From Nitrosopumilus sp. (GTDB lineage: Archaea > Thermoproteota > Nitrososphaeria > Nitrososphaerales > Nitrosopumilaceae): 64,000 nucleotides of DNA. The DNA lies in contig OZ240211.1 in assembly GCA_965197525.1 (NCBI GenBank), positions 128,001-192,000 on the forward strand. The letters are read 5' to 3'. Both the position numbers and the translations under genes were made by a program. Under the pieces are notes generated by a model. That model was not told the origin of the DNA. It ran no database searches and saw only the letters and a program-made list of their open reading frames with translations. Positions within the stretch are counted from its first letter, which is position 1. Every line of letters starts with the position of its first letter. This document shows positions 10,328 through 19,908 of this stretch, one piece after another.

Positions 10328-10615
10328 TCATGCAGTCTTTGACTGTCTGTCGTATTTCATCTTCATTCCAAATACTGTTATCATTAGAATGACTGCTGCA
10401 ATGTTCGTGACTATTACAAATACATCTAGTATCAAAACCCCGTATATTGCCCACAGTACTGCTCCTATGCCTATAAACACCATCAAATATTTGGATATAT
10501 CTTTTAGTTTCTTTGTCCTGTATCCTTTGTACACTTGTTCTACCCATCCTGACAGAATTAAAATTCCTGCAGCTATTCCAATTGCTGAGAGTATCGTTTG
10601 ATCAACTTCTACTAT
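10328..10615 (-). CDS. SemiSWEET/PQ-loop-like small membrane protein
   Basis: Three hydrophobic segments and GWVEQVYKGYRTKKLKDIS. The frame stays open about 27 codons upstream of the track's GTG start. Confidence 0.65.
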   Translation of the reverse strand: MVEVDQTILSAIGIAAGILILSGWVEQVYKGYRTKKLKDISKYLMVFIGIGAVLWAIYGVLILDVFVIVTNIAAVILMITVFGMKMKYDRQSKTA

Positions 10616-10621
10616 GCCTCA

Positions 10622-13201
10622 TCAACTCCAAAAATCATACAGGCCGGTCTGTTTTGGTTTACCTAGTATGGTATCAAAGTTCAAATCAAGTGATAGCGTT
10701 ATCTGTTCTAGCGTAGATTCCAAAAATTCCATGTATTTTTTAGCATCAATCTCATCTTTTCTTGCTAGCTCCAATGGCTTTACACCTGGTTTGTTTATGA
10801 CTTTGATGTATGATATTCTGTCTCCTTTCTTTAAATCGTTAAATGATTTGAGCTGTTTTGCAGCAGTTATGTGCTGAGGTATTGATTTTACATATTCTGA
10901 AGGCGACTTGCTGAGCATTACGTTGAATGTCAACTCTTCTAATGGTATCTCTCTTGCCTCTACTTTTTTACCAGTATCTGCAATCTTCTCTGATATACTC
11001 TGTTTTGCCTTGTCAAAATCTTCTACCGTCTTAACTTTTGAGAGTTCGTCTACTAGCTCGTAGAATAATTTTTTGATAAATGGAGGCGTATGTGATTTTT
11101 TCCCAGTTAATCCTTTGATGTCTACTTTGCCTGACTTTGTGACCCCGAAATAATTTTTTTTCCTATCACTTAACACACAGTATCTGTAGGTCTTGTCTAT
11201 CTCCAGCTCTACACCGTGGTCCTGTTTTGCCTGCTGTATTACTGTCTGAATCTGTCGCTGTGTCGGATTTTTAATAAACAACGAGTCAGTATCTCCGTAC
11301 AATACTGTAATACCTGCCTCTTCGCATTTCTTTATGGTCTCCATGATGGTATATCTTCCTATGGCAGTTGTCGCCTCTGCAACTGGCAAAAAGAATAGCG
11401 GAAATATCTCAGCACCCATGACACCATAGCTTGCATTTAGTATGACTTTGAGGGCTTGGCTGACTACTGTATACTGTTGTCTTTGATCTTCAGTCAATGT
11501 CTCTTTTTTTGAGAGACTCTTGTAATAGTTGACGCGCAAATCCCTCAGTGATCCTATGATCATTGCAGTAAGCCCGTTCTTTTGCGTGCATACCCAATGA
11601 TTTGTCCCGGGAATTGTGTTTGTCCTGCATGTATCATGGACGCATCTGACTGTCTCATATGACAAGTTCCTAACTTTGATGATACTAGGATACAGGCTAG
11701 CAAAGTCCATTACTACAACATCAAAGTGTATTCCTCTCTTTGGATCGATTACTAGACCGCCACGATATTTTTTATCTTTGATTACTGCATTAGACATTAC
11801 GCCCTCTGATCTTTTTTGGAGATCATCTCGTTTTGGAATTAGGTAGTTTCTTTTTCTGTGTTCATAGTACAGCAAACTGCGAATCCATTGAGAGACTCCC
11901 AATCGTGCAATATCATCGATGGGCATTCTTCCAATTCTTGCAATAATCACTAGTAGATTCATCAGTAAATTCTTGTTAAAACTAGTAAGCTCGTATGTTA
12001 ACAGTGCATCGTTATAACAGTACTTTGCAGTCTGATAAAGTGTCAGTTCGTTCAAATCTAATCCGTAGTCTATCTTCTCTTTTCCCAGTAGCGCCTTTGA
12101 GACTGAGTTTAGGGAAAAATCTGTATATTTTTGACTGAATGCATAAATCTGAAATGATCTGTTTGATAGCGTTCTATACAAATCAATATGTATTCCCTTT
12201 TTAAATAACGCATTATCTCTTGCCATGTAAAGTGGATTTTCTGTTTTTTTTAATTTTAACACTTCTGCTCTGTGGTACAAGTATGGCAAGTCAAAGTCAT
12301 CCCCATTATACGTCAAAATAACTGGGAATTCATTCATTATGTCAAATGCATCCTGTATCATGTCTCCCTCTTTATCTGAATCATAAAATGTAACCTTGAT
12401 GTTTGGTTCTAACTCATTTGTGCCCGTCTCGGTATCCTCTGTTTTAAGTACGAATATTCTGTCAAATCCGTCTGATCCCTTGAATCCTATGGCTGTGACT
12501 TTTTTTTCTGCGAGTCTTGGATCCGGAATTCGACCTATCTCTGCTTCGACTTCGATATCGACACTTAATCTCTTTATCTCTGGAATGGGCTGGTTTAGCA
12601 AATCTGCCCATTCTGAGATGTACGATTTGAACTCTTTTGCATCTGCCATACTCTCACTATCGACCTTGTCCCACAGCAGACTCTTTAGCGCAAGTTTGAC
12701 CTCGTCTGGAATATCTTGGTCTTGTTGTTGTATCTTTCCATTTGTAATGCTGTAATACTTTCCAACGATTAAATTTCTGTCATAAAGATAGTTCTCATAA
12801 TATTTAATGTCAGATTCCCATGTCTCAATCCTATTTCTAACACTTTTTTCACTTGCTGTACCTCCTATTGTCAGCGGATCTGCTGCTATGATCTTTGAGA
12901 TGTTAATTTGCTTGTCGCTTATCAATTCGTATTTTTGAGTGGTTTTTATATCCAACACGCCCTCATTTTCTCTTAAAAATTCTAGTTCTTCAGGTGTTAG
13001 TTTTGAGTAACAGTATGGCTTGTGGCCTATTTCATCATTCCACCGGATTAGTTTTTGCGATATCGGATCATAAAATTTTAAAACTGCTGATTTTAAAGTG
13101 CCATCGTATGTTGCTGACAGCAGTATTGCAGATTGCATGGATTCAATATTATTCTTATTGTCATTGCCATTTTTGTTAATATTGTATTGACTTTCTTGCA
13201 T
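10622..13201 (-). CDS. polB: Family B DNA polymerase
   Basis: Exonuclease motifs (SVDIEV, TYNGDDFDLPY) and polymerase motifs (DFASLYPSII, KVILNASYG, YGDTDS). Confidence 0.96.
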   Translation of the reverse strand: MQESQYNINKNGNDNKNNIESMQSAILLSATYDGTLKSAVLKFYDPISQKLIRWNDEIGHKPYCYSKLTPEELEFLRENEGVLDIKTTQKYELISDKQINISKIIAADPLTIGGTASEKSVRNRIETWESDIKYYENYLYDRNLIVGKYYSITNGKIQQQDQDIPDEVKLALKSLLWDKVDSESMADAKEFKSYISEWADLLNQPIPEIKRLSVDIEVEAEIGRIPDPRLAEKKVTAIGFKGSDGFDRIFVLKTEDTETGTNELEPNIKVTFYDSDKEGDMIQDAFDIMNEFPVILTYNGDDFDLPYLYHRAEVLKLKKTENPLYMARDNALFKKGIHIDLYRTLSNRSFQIYAFSQKYTDFSLNSVSKALLGKEKIDYGLDLNELTLYQTAKYCYNDALLTYELTSFNKNLLMNLLVIIARIGRMPIDDIARLGVSQWIRSLLYYEHRKRNYLIPKRDDLQKRSEGVMSNAVIKDKKYRGGLVIDPKRGIHFDVVVMDFASLYPSIIKVRNLSYETVRCVHDTCRTNTIPGTNHWVCTQKNGLTAMIIGSLRDLRVNYYKSLSKKETLTEDQRQQYTVVSQALKVILNASYGVMGAEIFPLFFLPVAEATTAIGRYTIMETIKKCEEAGITVLYGDTDSLFIKNPTQRQIQTVIQQAKQDHGVELEIDKTYRYCVLSDRKKNYFGVTKSGKVDIKGLTGKKSHTPPFIKKLFYELVDELSKVKTVEDFDKAKQSISEKIADTGKKVEAREIPLEELTFNVMLSKSPSEYVKSIPQHITAAKQLKSFNDLKKGDRISYIKVINKPGVKPLELARKDEIDAKKYMEFLESTLEQITLSLDLNFDTILGKPKQTGLYDFWS

Positions 13202-13204
13202 ATC

Positions 13205-13732
13205 TTACTCTGCACTCTCATCATATTGATCGATTAGTTTTTTTGCCCAATTTGTGATTTTTTCTTTATCTAGTGTAATTATCTCAACATTGGATTGTTG
13301 AATTAATTCATGATTTGTTTCAGGATACGCGTCAAGACACACAAATTTTTTAATTCCTACTGTGATTGCCATCTTTGTACATTCGATACACGGCACAAAC
13401 GTTGTGTACAGTATACTATTCTTTAATCCTACTTTGATCCCTAACACTGCACAGTGCATTATGGCATTGGCTTCTGCGTGATTACAAAGACATCTATCTA
13501 ATGCACTACCTGATTTTATCTTTCCTTCCATTCGTAATTTGCATCTAGTGCATCCTCCCTCAAAGCAGTTTTTGATTCCTGGAGGTGTACCATTATATCC
13601 TGTTGCCAACTGTCTATGTTCGCTGACTATGACTGCCCCCACTTGTCTTGTAATACAGTTTGACCGGAGTTTAGCTAGCTCTGCTTGAAGCATGAAATAT
13701 TCGTCCCAACTAGGCCTCTTAAAATCTGTCAT
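13205..13732 (-). CDS. Deoxycytidylate (dCMP) deaminase
   Basis: TGYNGTP, HAEANAI and PCIECTK zinc motifs. Confidence 0.88.
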   Translation of the reverse strand: MTDFKRPSWDEYFMLQAELAKLRSNCITRQVGAVIVSEHRQLATGYNGTPPGIKNCFEGGCTRCKLRMEGKIKSGSALDRCLCNHAEANAIMHCAVLGIKVGLKNSILYTTFVPCIECTKMAITVGIKKFVCLDAYPETNHELIQQSNVEIITLDKEKITNWAKKLIDQYDESAE

Positions 13733-13985
13733 ACGATTCTTGTACGCTTGTTCAATATATGGATCGCGTTAGCATGTGTTTGATCTGTGGCTATTCATAC
13801 TATTTTTGTGCTCATCTCTCTGTTTTTCACTGATTATGTTCTCGTTTGGCTTTATGTTTAGCCTGTCGGGTACTCTGTTTTTTATCTGTCTCTAGAATCT
13901 GCATTATCTTTTTTTTTGTAAAACATTTTAGCTTGGACGTAGCTTTGAATAAAATCAATGATTAAAACTACGAGATTTTACTGAT

Positions 13986-15503
13986 TTGTGGTACATGACT
14001 GAATTTGTAGTAAAAAAATATGTTACAAAAAATTCCATAGAGAGACGAGAGTACCAAGTGAATCTTGCAACTCAGGCAGTCAAAGAGAACTGTATTGTTG
14101 TACTGCCTACAGGTCTTGGCAAGACTGCAGTAGCATTACATGCAATTGCAGAATATCTATCAAAAGGAACAGGCGGGATCTTGTTTCTGGCACCTACTAG
14201 GGTTCTTGTAAACCAGCATTTTGAATTTTTAAAAAACAATCTGACACTAGATGACATATCCTTAATTACCGGTACAGATTCTGTTCAAAAGAGAGAAAAA
14301 CTCTGGAATAACAGCGTAATTTGTGCAACTCCTGAAATTGCTAGAAATGATCTGAATCGTGGCATCGTCTTCTCTGAGAATTTTAGTCTTGTGATATTCG
14401 ATGAGGTCCACCGAACTATAGGAGATTATGCATATTCTGAAATTGCTCAAAGATTTGAAAACACCTCTACTAGACTTGTTGGTATGACTGCTACTCTCCC
14501 AAGTGAAAAAGAAAAGGCAACTGAGATCTTGACAAGATTACGAATATCAAGTGTTGCACAGAGAACTGAGGACAGTCCTGATGTAAAGCCTTACACTCAT
14601 GAGACTGACACTGAGTGGATTACAGTCAATTTGCCACCAGATTTGAAAGCAATTCAGAAACTACTCAAATTGGCTCTTGATGCACGATATGATACATTAA
14701 AGAGTAATGGAATTGCCCTTGCACAACAGCAGTCGCTTTCTGCATTACTACGAATCAGACAATACGTATTAGGGAAGGATAGGAGATCTGCAAAACCGTT
14801 GTTTACTGCAATCAGAATTCACTATGCATTAAACATGTTAGAGGTTCACGGTATCACTCCGTTTCTGAAATACTGCAAACGTGCGCAGGCAAAAAAAGGT
14901 GTAGGAATCAAGGATCTCTTTGAGTTTGATCCAAACTTTACAAGGGCTATGAACCTGGCACGGGTTGCTCAATCCAAGGGGGTGGAACATCCAAAGATTC
15001 AAAAACTACAAGATATACTGCAGTCTGCTTCAGGCAAGACATTGATCTTTACTAGTTACAGGGATTCAGTAGAATTAATTCATAATCAACTCACCAATCT
15101 TGGAATTTCTGCTGGAATACTTATTGGTAAATCAGGTGAAACAGGACTAAAACAAGACAAGCAGATAGAAACTGTTCGGAACTTTAAAGACGGATTATTC
15201 AACGTGCTAGTTGCTACCCGTGTAGGTGAGGAAGGCTTGGATATTGCCGAGGTCAACCAAGTAGTCTTTTATGATAACGTGCCAAGCTCCATAAGATTTG
15301 TTCAAAGACGTGGCAGAACAGGTAGAAAGGATACGGGTAAATTAATTGTATTAATTGCAAAGGATACTATTGACGAGGCGTATTATTGGATTGGAAGACG
15401 AAAGATAACCAAGGCCAAATCCATGGGGGACAAGATGATCAAAGTATTGGAGGATAACCAAGAGCTTGAATCTCAAAGAGTGAGGTTGGATCTATATGTA
15501 TAG
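13986..15503 (+). CDS. Hef/ERCC4-like (Mph1/FANCM-type) SF2 helicase without nuclease domain
   Basis: LPTGLGKT, DEVH, GMTAT, EEGLDI and QRRGRTGR motifs. Confidence 0.88.
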   Translation: MWYMTEFVVKKYVTKNSIERREYQVNLATQAVKENCIVVLPTGLGKTAVALHAIAEYLSKGTGGILFLAPTRVLVNQHFEFLKNNLTLDDISLITGTDSVQKREKLWNNSVICATPEIARNDLNRGIVFSENFSLVIFDEVHRTIGDYAYSEIAQRFENTSTRLVGMTATLPSEKEKATEILTRLRISSVAQRTEDSPDVKPYTHETDTEWITVNLPPDLKAIQKLLKLALDARYDTLKSNGIALAQQQSLSALLRIRQYVLGKDRRSAKPLFTAIRIHYALNMLEVHGITPFLKYCKRAQAKKGVGIKDLFEFDPNFTRAMNLARVAQSKGVEHPKIQKLQDILQSASGKTLIFTSYRDSVELIHNQLTNLGISAGILIGKSGETGLKQDKQIETVRNFKDGLFNVLVATRVGEEGLDIAEVNQVVFYDNVPSSIRFVQRRGRTGRKDTGKLIVLIAKDTIDEAYYWIGRRKITKAKSMGDKMIKVLEDNQELESQRVRLDLYV

Positions 15504-15516
15504 GAACGCCATAATA

Positions 15517-15780
15517 TCACTTGCATACCTTATCTATAATTGACCGCTTTCTTTGAATCACCCTGTTCTTCATTGCAGATTCTAAATGATGGATACTAGT
15601 ATTTTTTGCTTCAAGCAAGTTTTCTAGCCTTATATCATATTGACTCTCAAGAAAGTTCTTTATTTGGTGTACATCTTGCATCTCTAGGCTTTCAAATGCA
15701 CCTTTTGCTAGATTTGTAATGGATGAATCTAGATACTGTAGAATTTCGTCCAGTATTTTTTCGCTAGTTAGTGGCATCAT
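15517..15780 (-). CDS. Hypothetical protein
   Basis: 87-aa ORF with plausible composition; no recognised motif. Confidence 0.6.
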   Translation of the reverse strand: MMPLTSEKILDEILQYLDSSITNLAKGAFESLEMQDVHQIKNFLESQYDIRLENLLEAKNTSIHHLESAMKNRVIQRKRSIIDKVCK

Positions 15781-15851
15781 TTTATTTTATATTGTATTTT
15801 AAAAAATGTTTTGAGATCATAACATGGCTGCTGTTCAAAATTATAATATAG

Positions 15852-16348
15852 GGTTCTGTCAAGTTATCGTGCGTTGGGATAGATACCTGACATATAAAAA
15901 AATAAATAATATTATACTATAATATGGTCATTGAAGGCATACAAGTCAATAACACAATTCTACGAACTACAACCCCGAATAGAATACAAAATCCAATTGG
16001 CAGGCCATCCAAAAAACACGAGCACGCAATGTCCCCAATGCGGAAAGAAATTCCAAGAGGCCATGCAACACAGACGTAAAATGTCGTGTAATAATTGCGG
16101 ATTATTTATGGATAGAGATGTAATCACTGCCATGAATATATCACGCAAGCTGTCCCCTAGGTTTAGGGATAGTAGAGGTGACATATATGAAGCAAAGTCT
16201 GACATTTTTGAGTCAGCGATGTCGGAACCCTGCAGACCGGTAATCTGGATAGTCGATATGTCAAAGTCAAGTGATAGGGAGAAGAAATTTTGTTAATACG
16301 TAATAAATTTCAGGTCTATAACCCGACACACGATAACTTGACAGAACC
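15852..16348 (+). mobile_element. Internally deleted TnpB element A with TIRs and 8-bp TSD (MITE-like)
   Basis: Perfect 20-bp TIR GGTTCTGTCAAGTTATCGTG (15852-15871 / 16329-16348), imperfect to about 45 bp. TSD TAATATAG at 15844-15851 and 16349-16356. Confidence 0.88.
15931..16296 (+). pseudogene. tnpB: Truncated tnpB: first 9 codons fused in frame to zinc finger, RuvC-III and tail
   Basis: MKAYKSITQ joined to FYELQ..IEYK..CPQCG..CNNCG..MDRDVITAMNI; RuvC-I and RuvC-II are deleted. Confidence 0.85.
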
Positions 16349-16353
16349 TAATA

Positions 16354-17752
16354 TAGCAATGCGCATAAGTTTCTGTACAGCCAGTTTCTGGACATCGTCG
16401 TCACTGTTACTAACTGTATAGGAAAAGTCAAAAATTTGTTTCATTAAATGTGCACATGTATGAACGTAAAATGCTAAAACAAGTGCAAAAAGTAGAACAC
16501 GTAGGCTGTATATCACGTAGGCTGTCCATGTTGTTGGCATTTATGATGATCCAAACATTTGTCAATACTGCCAAAATATCTTATTGTGATCGTCGTACTG
16601 TTGCCATGTGGTACTGCAGGTTTGCATGTGCTACAAAATCATTTCAGGGGGTACGACAGGCCCTCTCAGACAAACCACGGTCAGGACGTCCACCCAAGAT
16701 AGATAGAAAAATTCTAAACAAAGCAATGCAATGGTGCGAGAAACGCGCATTTACACCAGTAGAACTGCACTACAAGCTAGAAGAGATGTCTGGAAAAAGC
16801 CTTAGCATGTCGCAGATAAGGCGATATGCCAAACATTGGGGATACTCTAGAAAAAAGACACAACCAGTCATGGTTAATAGAACATCAATGGAAGAGGTGG
16901 ACAAATGGAGAGCCGGCCTGTATCAAAAGATTGCAAGATACACAAAGATTGGATATACAATTGTAACACAGGATGAATCACACTTCAAGGACGCTGCAAT
17001 GTCTGCAAAATATTGGGCAAAAACATGCCTACGCATATTCATGTTATGGAGCGGAGGATTTCATAGATTCTCAATGATATGTAGCATGACACAAGACGGC
17101 AGACAGTTTTTTAATCACTGTCAGACTGTCAACACCGTCTCCTTTCTAGAACATATCGACAAGGTGTACAGGGAGGTAGGCAAGATGGTTCTGATACTAG
17201 ACAAGGCACCGTGGCATACATCCCATGATGCAGAAGATTTCTTTGCAGAACGCGACATTATTGTCCTGTGGTATCCTGTAGGACATCCATATCTGAATCC
17301 CGTAGAGGAGGTATGGAGCGTACTCAAACGTGCAATGAATCATTCCATACGTTATGCAGATAAGAATTCACATCTGGCAGCAGTATACGAGTTTATACGG
17401 ATACACAAATTTGATTATAATTTTAAAAAGTTCTGGAAGAGAAGACCGTCCAAGGGAATCATGCGGCCATTCATAAAGATGGATGACGGCCTGCCAAATC
17501 CCGACATTGTATCGCACCAAGTATCGTCTAAACCTGCACAAAAGCAATGATTGTACGAATAGTTTGATTTTCTGTATGTGTCATGTTGGTGCTTGTATTT
17601 TTTTCTAATGTGATATGTATAGCCATACATGAATCTAAATTTTAATTTTCCATACATTTTGCTTTGTGTTTTTGGTATATTCCCCAGACAAGAAGCATTA
17701 TGCATATTGATGGTCCTAAAATACCATGTACAGAAACTTATGCACGCTGCTA
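16354..17752 (+). mobile_element. IS630-family insertion sequence, apparently complete
   Basis: 26-bp imperfect TIR (TAGCAATGCGCATAAGTTTCTGTACA vs reverse complement of TGTACAGAAACTTATGCACGCTGCTA) flanked by TA on both sides. Confidence 0.85.
16450..17550 (+). CDS. IS630-family transposase (HTH plus DDE)
   Basis: DKPRSGRPPK, GYSRKK, QDESHF, LILDKAPWH and PYLNPVEEVWSVLK motifs in one uninterrupted ORF. Confidence 0.9.
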   Translation: MHMYERKMLKQVQKVEHVGCISRRLSMLLAFMMIQTFVNTAKISYCDRRTVAMWYCRFACATKSFQGVRQALSDKPRSGRPPKIDRKILNKAMQWCEKRAFTPVELHYKLEEMSGKSLSMSQIRRYAKHWGYSRKKTQPVMVNRTSMEEVDKWRAGLYQKIARYTKIGYTIVTQDESHFKDAAMSAKYWAKTCLRIFMLWSGGFHRFSMICSMTQDGRQFFNHCQTVNTVSFLEHIDKVYREVGKMVLILDKAPWHTSHDAEDFFAERDIIVLWYPVGHPYLNPVEEVWSVLKRAMNHSIRYADKNSHLAAVYEFIRIHKFDYNFKKFWKRRPSKGIMRPFIKMDDGLPNPDIVSHQVSSKPAQKQ

Positions 17753-17870
17753 TATAGTATCTAGGTATATGCATGGGGTATCTATGCATGGTTAAACGTA
17801 TACAAGTATTTGCGTGTCCATACATCATTTCCTTGGAGTCTTGGCGCACTCTTGTGACCTAGCTCTCTTT

Positions 17871-18149
17871 TTACCCTGTTCTTTTGATTACGTGATATCC
17901 AAATTCACTTTTGACTGGTTCAGATATCTGCCCTACTCCCAACTTGAATGCTGTATTTTCAAATGGCTTTACCATCATGCCCTTTGTAAAATAGCCCAAG
18001 TTTCCATCTTTCTTTGCACTTCCGGTATCCGTCGAGCATTCTTTTGCCAGTTTACCAAACTTTTCACCTTTCTTGATTCTCTCTAAAATAGATAGAGCTT
18101 CACTGTGTTTTGCCACCAGAATATGCGAGCATTTTATCTTCGTTGACAT
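17871..18149 (-). CDS. pinA: Parvulin-type peptidyl-prolyl isomerase
   Basis: IKCSHILV, GNLGYFTKGMMVKPFE and SEFGYHVIKR motifs. Confidence 0.92.
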   Translation of the reverse strand: MSTKIKCSHILVAKHSEALSILERIKKGEKFGKLAKECSTDTGSAKKDGNLGYFTKGMMVKPFENTAFKLGVGQISEPVKSEFGYHVIKRTG

Positions 18150-18359
18150 ACCATTATGTGCTTGTTGCCCATCTTAATGTGTTGGGCTTCTACTATTGTA
18201 AGAGGTTAGATCCCCTGCCTACAAACTCAATAACTCGTGCTCAACCTAATCTTTTACATATCTTGGTGTATATGTAATCACAAGTATCATCTTTGTCACG
18301 TTATACGACCACTTGAATATATTGTGATTAGTATCGACATAAAATTTGCAGTAAGATGT

Positions 18360-18765
18360 CTAGTTTAGCCCCCAACTGACTTTGTTGCTTGGCACTATCT
18401 TTACAAACGGCGCTTCTCTCTATCTTTCCATGGATCTTCTCTTACCCATGCAAATCTCTTATAAAAAATATCATACCATCTATTAAATTCAGTACCATTC
18501 TCCACGATCTCGATTTTACCTTGGATGCATATTGCTTTGTGTTCTTTTGTCTTGTAAATATCAATTACAATACTTGCTTGAGGATTTGCTCTAATATTGT
18601 TAAATGAACGGGTGTCATAATCAGTGGCTATACCGATTACGCCGTTATCTTCAAATACAAACGACACTGGTTTTACGCGCGGTATATCATCATGAAAAGT
18701 GGCCAGTCGTGTCTCCTCCCTCATCTCTAAAAACTCTATATCTCTTTTTGGGTAAATTTTATCAA
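18360..18765 (-). pseudogene. Pyridoxamine 5'-phosphate oxidase-like protein with two frameshifts
   Basis: RLAT..D.PRVKPVSF core. Removing one TA near 18740 and one AG near 18418 restores MIKFTQKEIEFL...WKDREAPFVKIVPSNKVSWGLN. Confidence 0.65.
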
Positions 18766-19049
18766 CTAAATACTCGCTCTCTTATGTTGGGCATCTGTTT
18801 GTATATGATGTCCCTTATCTTCATCTGCTCTTCTACATTTGGCAATTCTTCTTGCTTACTTAGAATAGCGCCACTCATTCCTAGCGCCATTCCCATAATG
18901 ATGCCGTATACAAACTCTTGTGGATCCTTTACTTTGAGTATCTCGTTGTTCTGATTGACCTCTTCAAGATATGATGGAATTGTTGATACTGCACCATTGA
19001 TAACTTGGTTAATCAGCTCTTCTAGCTGTGCTTCTGTATCTTCATTCAC
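18762..19049 (-). CDS. Hypothetical protein
   Basis: 95-aa ORF whose stop overlaps (TTGA) the start of the next gene. Confidence 0.65.
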   Translation of the reverse strand: MNEDTEAQLEELINQVINGAVSTIPSYLEEVNQNNEILKVKDPQEFVYGIIMGMALGMSGAILSKQEELPNVEEQMKIRDIIYKQMPNIRERVFS

Positions 19050-19125
19050 AAGTTACCTCTAAATATTTTCCTAATAAACATGTGCCTACCTAAGACTTTT
19101 TACCTATATGTTTCACAGTTGTTAC

Positions 19126-19527
19126 ATGTTCACATATTTTACTATTAATCAAGCAAATGCAGCTCTTCCTGACGTGATAAAAAAATACGAATACTCTCTT
19201 GCAAAGAACAACAAAGTCAAAAGCATAGAAAAAGAGTTGCAGATAAGTCTCTCTACTACAAATACTTTGGAGTCTTTTGTCAATCTCAAGCAAAGATTGA
19301 ATACTGCAGTTACCGAATTTTATGAATCAGTTGAGATACTGGAGCGAACCGGTGTAGTTGTAAAAAGCATTGATGATGGTTTGCTTGACTTTCCCTCACA
19401 AAAGTTCGATGAAGAGGTGTGGCTTTGTTGGAAGTACGGCGAAACTGAGATACGCTTTTGGCACGAAAAAGATTCTGGTTTTATGGGCAGAAAACCTGTT
19501 GAGACAAACGACGACTTGTTGGTCTGA
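19126..19527 (+). CDS. DUF2203-like protein
   Basis: YFTINQANAALP and GLLDFPS..DEEVWLCWKYGETEIRFWH..GFMGRKP pattern; start adjusted to MFTYF. Confidence 0.75.
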   Translation: MFTYFTINQANAALPDVIKKYEYSLAKNNKVKSIEKELQISLSTTNTLESFVNLKQRLNTAVTEFYESVEILERTGVVVKSIDDGLLDFPSQKFDEEVWLCWKYGETEIRFWHEKDSGFMGRKPVETNDDLLV

Positions 19528-19607
19528 TTATTTTGCTTAATCCTACTTTCTTCTGGTGATATTTAGACTGATTATGGTTATAATCTGATCTCTTGCGCCA
19601 ACTATCA

Positions 19608-19835
19608 TCATTTGATCCTCTCTCTGACTCTCTCTTTGTCTCTGCATATCCCGCACAGGTATCTCTCCTCAAAAATCTTTAACTCGGTTTTGAATTGTTC
19701 TGTTTGATAATATTTTTTTGAGGTCTTCATTCCTCCAGGCACTCTTCTTTTGCAGTTTGTACATCTTAAATCCATGTCAAATTTCACAATCTCGTCGTCT
19801 TTATCTATCTGCCCTATTATCATACCATAATTCAT
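19608..19835 (-). CDS. Small zinc-binding hypothetical protein
   Basis: CTNC...CGIC in 75 aa. Confidence 0.65.
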   Translation of the reverse strand: MNYGMIIGQIDKDDEIVKFDMDLRCTNCKRRVPGGMKTSKKYYQTEQFKTELKIFEERYLCGICRDKERVRERIK

Positions 19836-19908
19836 TCTATTTTGTTATAAATCTGCTTAAAAAACTACAGCTCGTCAATATTATATTGTCCTGCTAGAAC
19901 TATTTATC

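Noticed and set aside
16354-17752. IS630 as the transposase mobilising the TnpB elements
   Set aside because: It has different TIRs and a TA duplication rather than an 8-bp TSD.
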